Origin: Candidatus Woesearchaeota archaeon
Lineage (GTDB): Archaea > Nanobdellota > Nanobdellia > Woesearchaeales > UBA10216
Assembly (NCBI GenBank): GCA_016180195.1
Contig: JACPBS010000006.1
Span: 4,681 to 68,680, forward strand
Direction: 5' to 3'
DNA length: 64,000 bases
Shown: one piece after another, positions 1-8,438 of the stretch
Layout: each line of letters begins with the position of its first letter
How positions within the stretch are numbered: position 1 is the stretch's first letter
Position numbers and translations under genes: made by a program
Notes under the pieces: generated by a model
Told to the model about the DNA's origin: nothing
The model's input: only the letters and a program-made list of their open reading frames with translations
Databases searched by the model: none

Positions 1-2
1 GT

Positions 3-557
3 GTTGAAACAGGGACAATGAAGATCGGGGATAAAGTCGTAATCGTTCCGGGAAGGGAAGGAAAAGGAGTGCATGGAGAGATCAAGACGATCGAGATGCA
101 CCACGAGCAAATACAGACTGCAGAGCCAGGTGACAACATCGGTTTCAACGTCAGGGGAATCTCAAAGCAGGACATAACAAGAGGAGATGTTCTGGGGCAC
201 CCGGACAACGTTCCAACAGTTGCAACCGAGTTCACAGCACAGATCGCAGTATTGAATCATCCCACTGTTGTCACAATAGGATACACGCCAGTATTCCACA
301 TACACACTGCACAGGTGGCATGCCAGGTAACTGCCATTCCAAAGAAAATCAACCCTGCAACAGGAGAAGTGCTGCAGGAGAACCCTGACTTCCTGAAGAA
401 TGGGGACATAGCAGTCGTAACTATCAAGCCGACCAGCCCGCTTGTCATCGAAAGGCAAAAGGACATCCCGCAGATGGCAAGGTTTGCTGTAAGGGATTCC
501 GGTTCAACAGTTGCAGCTGGTATGTGCATAGATCTGGTGAAGAAAGAGCTTAAGTAA
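3..557 (+). CDS. tuf: Translation elongation factor EF-1alpha, C-terminal part (5' truncated by the window edge)
   Basis: In-frame VETGTMK at 3-23 (end of the RVETG motif); [11 protein letters not shown] and RFAVRD motifs; directly upstream of rpsJ as in the str operon. Confidence 0.96.
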   Translation, partial: VETGTMKIGDKVVIVPGREGKGVHGEIKTIEMHHEQIQTAEPGDNIGFNVRGISKQDITRGDVLGHPDNVPTVATEFTAQIAVLNHPTVVTIGYTPVFHIHTAQVACQVTAIPKKINPATGEVLQENPDFLKNGDIAVVTIKPTSPLVIERQKDIPQMARFAVRDSGSTVAAGMCIDLVKKELK

Positions 558-601
558 ATGCGCACAGTAAACTGGCAGATTATTGTGTGTTGAAAACAAA
601 A

Positions 602-916
602 ATGGCACAAAGAGCAAGAATAAAGATTGCAAGCACAGACATATCAAAGGTAATCCAGGTCTGCGATTCAATTAGAGATATTGTTGAAAAGACCGGCGTT
701 GACATGCGCGGCCCAATCCCCTTGCCAACCAAGAAGCTCAAAGTCACAACCAGGAAGTGCCCATGCGGTGATGGCAAGGCAACCTGGGACAGGTTTGAGA
801 TGCGCATACACAAGCGCCTTGTGGACATGGGTGTTGACGAGCGCGCATTAAGACTAGTGATGAGGGTCCCCATCCCGGAAGGCCTCAACATAGAGATAGA
901 GATGATCGAAGCTTAG
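602..916 (+). CDS. rpsJ: 30S ribosomal protein S10 (uS10)
   Basis: [11 protein letters not shown]...GPIPLPTK...RIHKRLVD; follows EF-1alpha; ATG at 602 preferred over the track start. Confidence 0.96.
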   Translation: MAQRARIKIASTDISKVIQVCDSIRDIVEKTGVDMRGPIPLPTKKLKVTTRKCPCGDGKATWDRFEMRIHKRLVDMGVDERALRLVMRVPIPEGLNIEIEMIEA

Positions 917-1428
917 CTCAACTTTTTAACGTGGTTTCTTATTTTGTCAATTTGTTCATCGCTTAGCACTGCAATTGAGTCTTTTGTACTTATGAAAAAC
1001 AGTTTACATTCTTTCTTTATTTCTTCAATAACTTCGCCATCAACAGGCCTGTTTGCGTAATACTGCAGATCAATTCTTGCTTTAAAGGCTTTGCTTATCA
1101 TCTCAAAGTCTTTTGCGCTGTAAAAATCAACCAAATACCTCTTCATAAATTCCAACGAGCAGGAGTGGATTTCGCACTTTATACCGATCCTAGTCATTAA
1201 AGAATAGAGGGAATAATAAAATATGTAATAAGATGTAACTGCAGACCATAATCGGCTGCGATTGAGCCCTGGAAGAATATTTATCGATTCTTCTGCCATC
1301 TTCAAATAAGATCCCGATATGTTTTTATTTGGCTCAATCAGCTGAATGCCATCTTTCTGTTTCAAACACCATTCAATTGAAACCATAGTAATACCTCCAA
1401 ATTTCATTAACAAATTCCTCAACACCAT
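913..1428 (-). CDS. HEPN domain protein (MNT-HEPN pair; true start probably near 1389)
   Basis: [12 protein letters not shown]...KCEIHSC and R-x4-YY motifs typical of archaeal HEPN proteins; coupled to the upstream nucleotidyltransferase. Confidence 0.75.
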   Translation of the reverse strand: MVLRNLLMKFGGITMVSIEWCLKQKDGIQLIEPNKNISGSYLKMAEESINILPGLNRSRLWSAVTSYYIFYYSLYSLMTRIGIKCEIHSCSLEFMKRYLVDFYSAKDFEMISKAFKARIDLQYYANRPVDGEVIEEIKKECKLFFISTKDSIAVLSDEQIDKIRNHVKKLS

Positions 1429-1954
1429 GTAGCATTATGTGATTTGAAACCATCTCGGAAACCAGCATGTTTTTCCCAATAAGAAGCTGCCGCCATTCCG
1501 TGTTTGAAAAATATTTTATGCTTGCCTTTATGTCGAATTTACCTGCTGCCTCATCATAGTCCATTTCCTTTTTTTCCCCAATAATGAAAATATCCAAATC
1601 TGAGCCTTGTTTTTGGATTCCCTTCGCATAGCTGCCGAAAATTCCAACAACCCTGTCATCATTCGAAAAAAGATTTGCCATAACTCTGTGTTTGCCGAGA
1701 AATAGAATTTTATTCAGAAGCTCAGTAATTATTATGATGTCCCTTATTTCTGAATACTTTGTGTTCAAGCTGTAAAACTTCATCTTTCCTCTAGTCGTAG
1801 ATCTCAGAATCCCTTTTATCTTCAAGTCTTTTAAAACCAAAGCAATGGTTTTTTCACTTAAAGGCGCTTTTCCTTTCAAACCCCTTCCGTGAACTTCCCT
1901 TGCATAATCACCTGAGAATTGGCTTAAAACATGAAAATATTTATCGTGTAACAT
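1373..1954 (-). CDS. Winged-HTH plus minimal nucleotidyltransferase (MNT antitoxin-like)
   Basis: N-terminal HTH-like segment; GSYAKG...SDLD Pol-beta-type motif; ATG at 1954. Confidence 0.8.
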   Translation of the reverse strand: MLHDKYFHVLSQFSGDYAREVHGRGLKGKAPLSEKTIALVLKDLKIKGILRSTTRGKMKFYSLNTKYSEIRDIIIITELLNKILFLGKHRVMANLFSNDDRVVGIFGSYAKGIQKQGSDLDIFIIGEKKEMDYDEAAGKFDIKASIKYFSNTEWRQLLIGKNMLVSEMVSNHIMLHGVEEFVNEIWRYYYGFN

Positions 1955-1972
1955 TTTACACAAATGTGTAAA
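1955..1972. promoter_or_regulatory. Inverted repeat, possible autoregulatory operator of the MNT-HEPN pair
   Basis: TTTACAC-aaat-GTGTAAA immediately upstream of the MNT start codon. Confidence 0.4.
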
Positions 1973-2124
1973 TAATTACATATATAAATGTTTCTACTTT
2001 TAAAAAAATCATCCACTTCTTGTCATTTAATTACAGCAATAGAGTCGTTAGTCTTCATAAAGAATAAAGTATTTGGCAAGTAATTGATATCATGAAACAA
2101 TCAGATTGGCTATTGATTATTTTT

Positions 2125-2570
2125 TTTACAAATAAATTTCGCCTTGGGTTCAAAGCCCCGCCCTTTAGGGCGAAACCCAAATCGTTTTGCGATTGGGCAC
2201 AATTGAGCTTTGCCCAATTTGTGTATTGTGTCAAGAACCCCTGGCTAAAGCCCAGGGTATGTTCTTGAGCACACAAATCAAGCTTTGCTTGATTGTGCCC
2301 ATTTGAGCTATGCTCAAATTGGGTCTCAGAAATTGCTCGTCCTTACTGCGCACTAAAAGTGCCACAGATTACGTCGAGAGCACAAATAAACGCTTGGCGT
2401 TTATTGTGCAATAAACCTTTAGGTTTGGCGTTTATTGTGCAATAAACCTTTAGGTTTATTTGCAATTTCTGACATTCCAAAACCCAAATCACTTTGTGAT
2501 TGGGCCCATTTGAACTCTGTTCGAATTGGGATCCGCCATTGAAGTGAGAGGATAGCTCCGAGCGGCGGAT
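2125..2570. repeat. Mosaic array of palindromic units (REP/BIME-like) with IS200/IS605-end-like hairpins
   Basis: Eight 22-30 nt bulged hairpins in alternating orientation; TTTA/TAAA-loop hairpins at 2159-2172 and 2238-2257; a 31-bp tandem duplication; segments recur at 27003-27205 and 32481-32531. Confidence 0.85.
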
Positions 2571-2606
2571 TTTTGTTACTTGTAGCAGAATTCGTTAAAA
2601 ACAATT

Positions 2607-3863
2607 TCAAGCCAGTAGCCTTCTTATTCTAGTATTCAAACTCTGTTCAGACCTAACAAAAGTCTGGCTTTCATTAAGCAAATTATTAATCTCGGCTAAT
2701 ATATTTGCTTCATCAGTTCGGCCATTGATTGCCTGGTTTAAAAGTTCTATTGCTGAAGGATAGTTGCTTTTATATACATCCCTTATTGCAGCTTCCATTA
2801 TGTTTTGGATACGCCGGTCATCAGGCCCGATTTGGTTTACTGCAGTTTGAATTCTTCTTGATAACTCATCCCTGTTTTGCCTTAAAGTGACTAAAGCCCT
2901 TTGTGCTCTTTCAAGATTGTTATACAATGTTTGGGCTCCCGCTCCTAAGGGGGCTGTTCTGGCCAAACGCCTTAACGCATCTAAACGCCGCATTAAATCC
3001 CTTTCATAATTAAAATCAAGATCCACTATCTGCTGAAGCCTGCTTGTTAAGTCCGCCAATTGTCTGTCAACATCGCTAGTAGTACTTAAATGTCCCAAAA
3101 CAGCAGAAGCCTGCCTTTGAAAACCATCCCTCAGTCTTCTGGCTTCGCCTTCATCCCTTACCTTTTGAAGCTCTTCTATTATCTTCAATAAGTGCCTAAG
3201 CTTTGGTTCGTCCCCATGGATGTTGTTTATATTGTTCCGCAATAAATTCTCTGCTTCTTTAATCCCTTCGTCTTCACGTCGATATACTGTTTGCTCGAGT
3301 TTAGCATCCCTCCTTGCAGCATCCTTTTCTCGATTCTCGTTAACACTTTGCAGCTGAGTTCTATAATCGCCAAATTTGCTTGGCCAAGCCATTCCCAAAC
3401 CTAATTTGCTGCCGCTGAAGCCTATGCCTACCAAGATAAAAAGTATCGCGAATACGCCAGCAAATACGAGTCCACCTTGGGTAAAATCAAGCAAAGCCGC
3501 CACGTTGTTGACAAAGGATGTGGATGTAACTGCAATTCCTGAAAAAGCGATTGCAAACCATGTGATGGCGCCCTTATGGGGGGAATCCTTAAATGGGGGT
3601 ATGCTATTTGCCAAAACATAAAGCACCGCATACAATGCAATCCAAGTAAGAAGAATGACATAAAAAGGAACAGTCTGTGTTGGGAGAGGGAGTCCGGGCG
3701 TGGCATTCCACGGAGGCCAGTTCACTGGCTCGGACAGCATATCTATTAATGACCTTAACATCGGGTTGTTCTGGAAGAATCCGCCTGAAGCTGCAAATAC
3801 ATAATTCACCGAAAGCAAAGAAATAATGATTAGGGATAATGCCTTAATGTATCTCTTATTCAT
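2607..3863 (-). CDS. Hypothetical membrane protein with a long C-terminal coiled coil
   Basis: ATG at 3863 gives a signal-like N-terminus, about four hydrophobic helices, then a heptad-rich charged region. Confidence 0.75.
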   Translation of the reverse strand: MNKRYIKALSLIIISLLSVNYVFAASGGFFQNNPMLRSLIDMLSEPVNWPPWNATPGLPLPTQTVPFYVILLTWIALYAVLYVLANSIPPFKDSPHKGAITWFAIAFSGIAVTSTSFVNNVAALLDFTQGGLVFAGVFAILFILVGIGFSGSKLGLGMAWPSKFGDYRTQLQSVNENREKDAARRDAKLEQTVYRREDEGIKEAENLLRNNINNIHGDEPKLRHLLKIIEELQKVRDEGEARRLRDGFQRQASAVLGHLSTTSDVDRQLADLTSRLQQIVDLDFNYERDLMRRLDALRRLARTAPLGAGAQTLYNNLERAQRALVTLRQNRDELSRRIQTAVNQIGPDDRRIQNIMEAAIRDVYKSNYPSAIELLNQAINGRTDEANILAEINNLLNESQTFVRSEQSLNTRIRRLLA

Positions 3864-3954
3864 TCCATGGCACCACTTTTCATTGATTTTTCCAAAACCA
3901 TATATAAAAACTTTTCTACAAAGTTTTAAATAATACCTTGTTAAGAATTGTCCC

Positions 3955-4380
3955 ATGGCAGTTGCGGAATCAGGCCTTGTAATTGTACCAGCACTTTTTT
4001 TTGGCGCCATAATATCCCTGGCGGAGCTTTTCTTTGTCCATGCAGATGAGCGCGGAATGGGCTGGCTTGGACATGGGCTTCATGCGATACCCGCTACCAT
4101 GGCGTTCACGTTCGCAACAATGAACGTGCCTTTCATCTTGCAATATCTTAACCAGACTGTTACTGTAACATGGCAGATTGAGATGGGAGTGATCGCATTT
4201 GTTTCAATCATTGCAATGCTTAAGGTGAGCGCAGCGGCAGCGATCATTGGAAGGGTTGGCGAGAAATTCCATCACACGCTCATGATTGGCGGACTCATGT
4301 TCGTTTCGCCTTACATATGGAAAGCGATGGGGCCTGCTTTGACCAATATGCTTCCATTTCTTGCTTACGAGATATTTTAA
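3955..4380 (+). CDS. Hypothetical multi-pass membrane protein
   Basis: 141-aa ORF with about four hydrophobic segments, divergent from the 3863 gene. Confidence 0.7.
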   Translation: MAVAESGLVIVPALFFGAIISLAELFFVHADERGMGWLGHGLHAIPATMAFTFATMNVPFILQYLNQTVTVTWQIEMGVIAFVSIIAMLKVSAAAAIIGRVGEKFHHTLMIGGLMFVSPYIWKAMGPALTNMLPFLAYEIF

Positions 4381-4413
4381 AAGTCAGTACTGAATTTTAA
4401 CAAAATATTTAAA

Positions 4414-4430
4414 TATACCTCGGTATACCT
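4414..4430. promoter_or_regulatory. Putative TA operator
   Basis: TATACC-tc-GGTATA inverted repeat (also a TATACCT direct repeat) between a TTTAAATA TATA-like box and the antitoxin start. Confidence 0.5.
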
Positions 4431-4437
4431 GAATATA

Positions 4438-4677
4438 ATGGAAGCTACCACGATTAAGATAAACACATCAACAAAAAGCAAGCTGGACACATTCAGGGAG
4501 TATAAGAATGAGAGCTATGATGAAGTAATAAATAAAGTGATTTTCATAGCTGAAAATTTCAAAAAAAGGATAGAGTTAAGTGAGGAGACAATTGCAGCAA
4601 TTGAACGTGCCAGGGAGCGGATACAAAAAGGCAAATTTCTGACAGAATCAGAAGCCAAAAGAAGGCTAGGACTATAA
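4438..4677 (+). CDS. Antitoxin, RHH/CopG-like N-terminus
   Basis: TTIKIN...TKSKL...ESYDEVI pattern; abuts a RelE-family toxin. Confidence 0.75.
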   Translation: MEATTIKINTSTKSKLDTFREYKNESYDEVINKVIFIAENFKKRIELSEETIAAIERARERIQKGKFLTESEAKRRLGL

Positions 4678-4935
4678 ATGTACGAAGTAATTTTCGATCC
4701 TGAAGCTGTTGAAGCGCTTAATAAGCTTCAGAAATCAGAAAAAGAAAGGATATTCAATAAAATCATGGTATCTAAAGAAAACCCCTTTCATTTCTTTGAA
4801 CGCTTAACCGGCAGAACAGATTATAAGATGAGGGTGGGGGACTACAGAATAATTGCGGATATTGATGCAGGTAAGAGATTAATTCAAGTTACAGTTATTG
4901 GCCACAGAAGGAACATTTATAGGAACCTGGATTAA
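4678..4935 (+). CDS. RelE/ParE-family toxin
   Basis: YKMRVGDYRII...VIGHRRNIY signature. Confidence 0.88.
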   Translation: MYEVIFDPEAVEALNKLQKSEKERIFNKIMVSKENPFHFFERLTGRTDYKMRVGDYRIIADIDAGKRLIQVTVIGHRRNIYRNLD

Positions 4936-5378
4936 TAACTCTCCCCCTGCCTTGAAAGCAACAACTCGATCTCAGTTATGTGCTCCTGCTCCTCCATCAG
5001 CACGTGCCTCACGTCATGCTCTAGAATGAAGTCATAGAATCCCTGCCCTTTTTCCTTTCTCAGCTCCTCAAGGATTTTCCTGTATACCCTGACAGCGTGC
5101 TTCTCATCCTCAAGGTTCTGCATTAGAATTTCTTTCACAGATGACGCTTTGTGAGTCTCAGAAACAGCCATTGACGGAACGCCGCCCAGAAGGCCTATCA
5201 GCTTCCTGAATGTGTCCTGATGCTTCTTTTCGTCCTCAGCTATCTCCTTGAGCCTCGCGATAATAGGCTCTGATATTTCGCCCTCAACTACTTCTGCGTG
5301 GCTTAGGTACTGGACAAAAGCTGCGTGTTCAAGCGCCAACGCCTCATTAAGCAATCCTATTATGGTATCCTTTGACAT
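4932..5378 (-). CDS. Ferritin-like (bacterioferritin-type) di-iron protein
   Basis: ALALEHAAFVQY, EDEKKH, EDEKHA and EEQEH metal-ligand motifs. Confidence 0.85.
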   Translation of the reverse strand: MSKDTIIGLLNEALALEHAAFVQYLSHAEVVEGEISEPIIARLKEIAEDEKKHQDTFRKLIGLLGGVPSMAVSETHKASSVKEILMQNLEDEKHAVRVYRKILEELRKEKGQGFYDFILEHDVRHVLMEEQEHITEIELLLSRQGESY

Positions 5379-5617
5379 TTTAGATAAGCGAGACTATCAA
5401 GTCATTAATAATCGTGGAAAAGTAAGGGTTAAGCATGCCACTCACAAACATGTAAACAACTGCTGCCCCAAGCACAATGCCAATGACAAAACCCTTGAAC
5501 CAGTCACCCCAGCTCAGGACATAGCCCCTTTTTCCCTTCATAACTTTCCAGCAGTATCGTCATATTTAAATCTTTCCCAATCAAAAAATATAAATTTCAG
5601 GCAATCAAGGAGGAGCG

Positions 5618-6448
5618 ATGGGCATAATGCTGAAGGAAAGGAAAACCCGAAGCCACAAGGGAGAGAATGGAAGGGTGTTGGTGGTCGGGGGCAGCATTGA
5701 GTATGCAGGGGCAGTCATACTTGCAGGGATGGCTGCATTCAGGTCCGGGGCAGATATCGTTGTTGTTGCCGCACCTGAGAAAATTGCACTTGCACTGAAT
5801 TTCTGGCCAGACTTCATCACCCTGAAGCTGAAAGGAAGCCATCTTGGGAAAACACATTCCAAAAGAATAATCGAGGCATCCAAGAGATTTGATGCGCTTC
5901 TTGTTGGAAACGGCATGGGTACGAGAAGGGAAAGCATGGACTTTGCAGTTAAGGTTACAAGGGGCTCTGGCTGCAAAAAGATAATAGATGCTGATGCAAT
6001 AAGATCCATAAGGCTCCAGGACGTCAATAATTCCATAATCACGCCTCATATGGAGGAGCTTGAAGTGCTTCTCAGGAACAGCGGGGTAAGGAAAGCAGGG
6101 CTTCAGGGAAAAATAAGCCAAGCTAAGAGGATCCTGGGGGACAACGTTATCCTGCTTAAAGGGAAAACAGACTATATCATCTCAAAAAACAGAACAGAAA
6201 CAAACAATACAGGCAACGCAGGCATGACTGTCGGAGGCACAGGAGATGTGCTTGCCGGGGTATGCGCAGGCCTTGTCGCCCAGGGAAACAGCCTTTTCAA
6301 TAGCGCATGCGCTGCTGCATACATAAATGGCTATGCAGGATACCTGCTTTACAGGAAATACGGCTATGGATATACGGCAACTGACCTGGTTGACAAAATA
6401 GCGGAGATCCTGAAAAAGAAAAGAATTAAAACAAGCTCGAATAAGTGA
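5618..6448 (+). CDS. nnrD: ADP-dependent NAD(P)H-hydrate dehydratase (YjeF C-terminal domain)
   Basis: HKGENGRVLVVGGS, IDADA, ITPH, LLKG and GGTGDVLAG motifs. Confidence 0.93.
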   Translation: MGIMLKERKTRSHKGENGRVLVVGGSIEYAGAVILAGMAAFRSGADIVVVAAPEKIALALNFWPDFITLKLKGSHLGKTHSKRIIEASKRFDALLVGNGMGTRRESMDFAVKVTRGSGCKKIIDADAIRSIRLQDVNNSIITPHMEELEVLLRNSGVRKAGLQGKISQAKRILGDNVILLKGKTDYIISKNRTETNNTGNAGMTVGGTGDVLAGVCAGLVAQGNSLFNSACAAAYINGYAGYLLYRKYGYGYTATDLVDKIAEILKKKRIKTSSNK

Positions 6449-7866
6449 AATGCGTGGCAGAAATAAATCTACTGGAAAAATACAAATTTACCGAGGAAAT
6501 GGCAGAGGAGCACCTCCTTTATGCGCCAAGGAAAACCGGCTTTCCAACGCCCATGTACAGGAACAGGCTGGTTGTTGAATCACAGTCTGACTCTGTTGAA
6601 TCTGCTTACTTCTGGATAGTGGACCATTTAAAGTATGACTGGGGCTATACTGACTTCTACAAGATAACAGACATTTTTGCAGCATCCGAACAGTCAGCTT
6701 TTTTCGGTGTATCTGAGCAAAGGCTGGCAGCTCAGCAGGAAAAGGCAGCAACCTACCTAAGGGGCATAAGCGAGATGGTGAAAGCCCTTTTCCAGATTGT
6801 CAGGGAACTGAGGATAATTGATGAAAGGCTCTCATACTACATAGACTCGTACCAGAAGAGGCCGAATGCGCAAAGCTCAGAAATCACCCTGAAAGGGATA
6901 TGGATAGACCAGGTTGAAGGAGGAGTAAAGAATGCGGCATCAGTTTATGGACTGGCACAAAGCGTTGGCTTCACAATACTGCCTGACCTTTTTTTCCGGG
7001 TCACGGTTGCGGACCCGCTAATGATAGACCAAACCGTTGACCATCTTCAGTTCAATGAAAAGGTAAAAGAAGTTCTAAAAAGAAAGCTGAGGCAGTTCTA
7101 CGAATGGAAAAAAAGGACATACGAGGAAATGTCAACCAGAAGGAAATTCATCATAAAGTACCTCAGGCAGCACTATGAAACAATAAAGCTTTACATGGGA
7201 TGGGTCAAGCCATACTTGAGGAACATAAGGAAGCTTCAGCTCGACCAAAAAAAGCTTGATTCCGCGGAAATGATCACCGCATTTGAAGGGTCAATGGTTG
7301 AGATAGAGGTCCTTGCAAAGAAAGAAAGCCCTGCCTACAGCAAATTCTACCCGTGCATACTCATGCATTTCAAGTACAGGACAAAGCCGCAAATGAGCTT
7401 TGTAGGCGAAGGCTACCAGAGAGGGCCCATACACAAGGGGAAGTTTGACCTTGTAATGAGGGGCTACATATGGACAAATGACCACATAGAGAACTACAGG
7501 AAAATGAAGGAAGAGGAGGACCTGCACCTAATCAGCCTCATAAACGAGTCAATCAAGGAATCAATGGAAGCTCTGGGGGAAGAGCTTAGGCATTACCTGA
7601 TGGAGGGAGGCGAATCATTTGAGCCCCCGAAAAAACAAAAGCCAAGGCCCGTGCCAACAATAATGGATCCATTCAAGGCAATATTCGAGGGTGTGGGTGA
7701 TATAGCAGGCTCTATGGGGATGGGATTGAAAAAGGAAGCGCCAAAGGAGAAAATAGACAAGGTGGCGTTGAAGGACGAGTTTCAGAAAGCAAGCAAGGAC
7801 CTGAAAACAGAGATTTACACTACATATAAAAACTATAAAAAGATGCACGGCATGCTCACATGGTAA
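6445..7866 (+). CDS. Hypothetical protein, 473 aa, helical, function unknown
   Basis: Long ORF with GTGA overlap on the nnrD stop; protein-like composition. Confidence 0.8.
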   Translation: MKCVAEINLLEKYKFTEEMAEEHLLYAPRKTGFPTPMYRNRLVVESQSDSVESAYFWIVDHLKYDWGYTDFYKITDIFAASEQSAFFGVSEQRLAAQQEKAATYLRGISEMVKALFQIVRELRIIDERLSYYIDSYQKRPNAQSSEITLKGIWIDQVEGGVKNAASVYGLAQSVGFTILPDLFFRVTVADPLMIDQTVDHLQFNEKVKEVLKRKLRQFYEWKKRTYEEMSTRRKFIIKYLRQHYETIKLYMGWVKPYLRNIRKLQLDQKKLDSAEMITAFEGSMVEIEVLAKKESPAYSKFYPCILMHFKYRTKPQMSFVGEGYQRGPIHKGKFDLVMRGYIWTNDHIENYRKMKEEEDLHLISLINESIKESMEALGEELRHYLMEGGESFEPPKKQKPRPVPTIMDPFKAIFEGVGDIAGSMGMGLKKEAPKEKIDKVALKDEFQKASKDLKTEIYTTYKNYKKMHGMLTW

Positions 7867-8438
7867 TGCCACTTGAAAAACAGCTAATCGACATGAGCCC
7901 TGCTGAACGGATAAAGCGCCTCCGGGAACTGGAAGAGCAGAAGAAGAAGGAAATAGAGGAGGCGGAACTGCTTCTTAAGCAAGCCATTAATGAGGAGAAA
8001 GATGAAGAGGAGCAGAAAAAACAGATGCCCACTCCGTATTTAAAGGCAGAAAACCCAGACCAGCTGGAATCAATAGAGGCAAAGGTTCTGTGGGCTGCAA
8101 AACGCGGAGTTACATTTCCTGAAAAAAAAGAGGAAGAACGCAGCCATGCCACAACGCATGAAGCCCTCGAGGAATCCGTGCAATCTGCAGAGGCACGTGC
8201 TGGTGAAGGAGTGAATTATGGAGAGCCTCTTAACTCGGCAATGAACAGCCAAAAAGGCATTTCATACCAAAAAAAGGAAGAGAATTACATTTCAGGCTCA
8301 CAGCAAAAATTCTACCAGCACCAAGGGCATCCCGGAGAGGAGCACCATCCGGATTCAGGATATCACACAAGGAAAACATTGCCCGGCCATGAGATGGAAA
8401 CCCAAGATTTTTATAGTAATTCCCGCAAAAAAAAATAA
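7860..8438 (+). CDS. Hypothetical protein: N-terminal coiled coil, His/Gln-rich tail
   Basis: Overlaps the upstream stop and abuts the downstream start. Confidence 0.7.
   Translation: MVMPLEKQLIDMSPAERIKRLRELEEQKKKEIEEAELLLKQAINEEKDEEEQKKQMPTPYLKAENPDQLESIEAKVLWAAKRGVTFPEKKEEERSHATTHEALEESVQSAEARAGEGVNYGEPLNSAMNSQKGISYQKKEENYISGSQQKFYQHQGHPGEEHHPDSGYHTRKTLPGHEMETQDFYSNSRKKK

Noticed and set aside
2176-2530. CRISPR array
   Set aside because: Units abut without unique spacers, differ in sequence and alternate in orientation; no cas genes in the window
2055-2610. ORFs 2055-2276 and 2419-2610 as genes
   Set aside because: They run through palindromic repeat DNA and have no protein-like motifs
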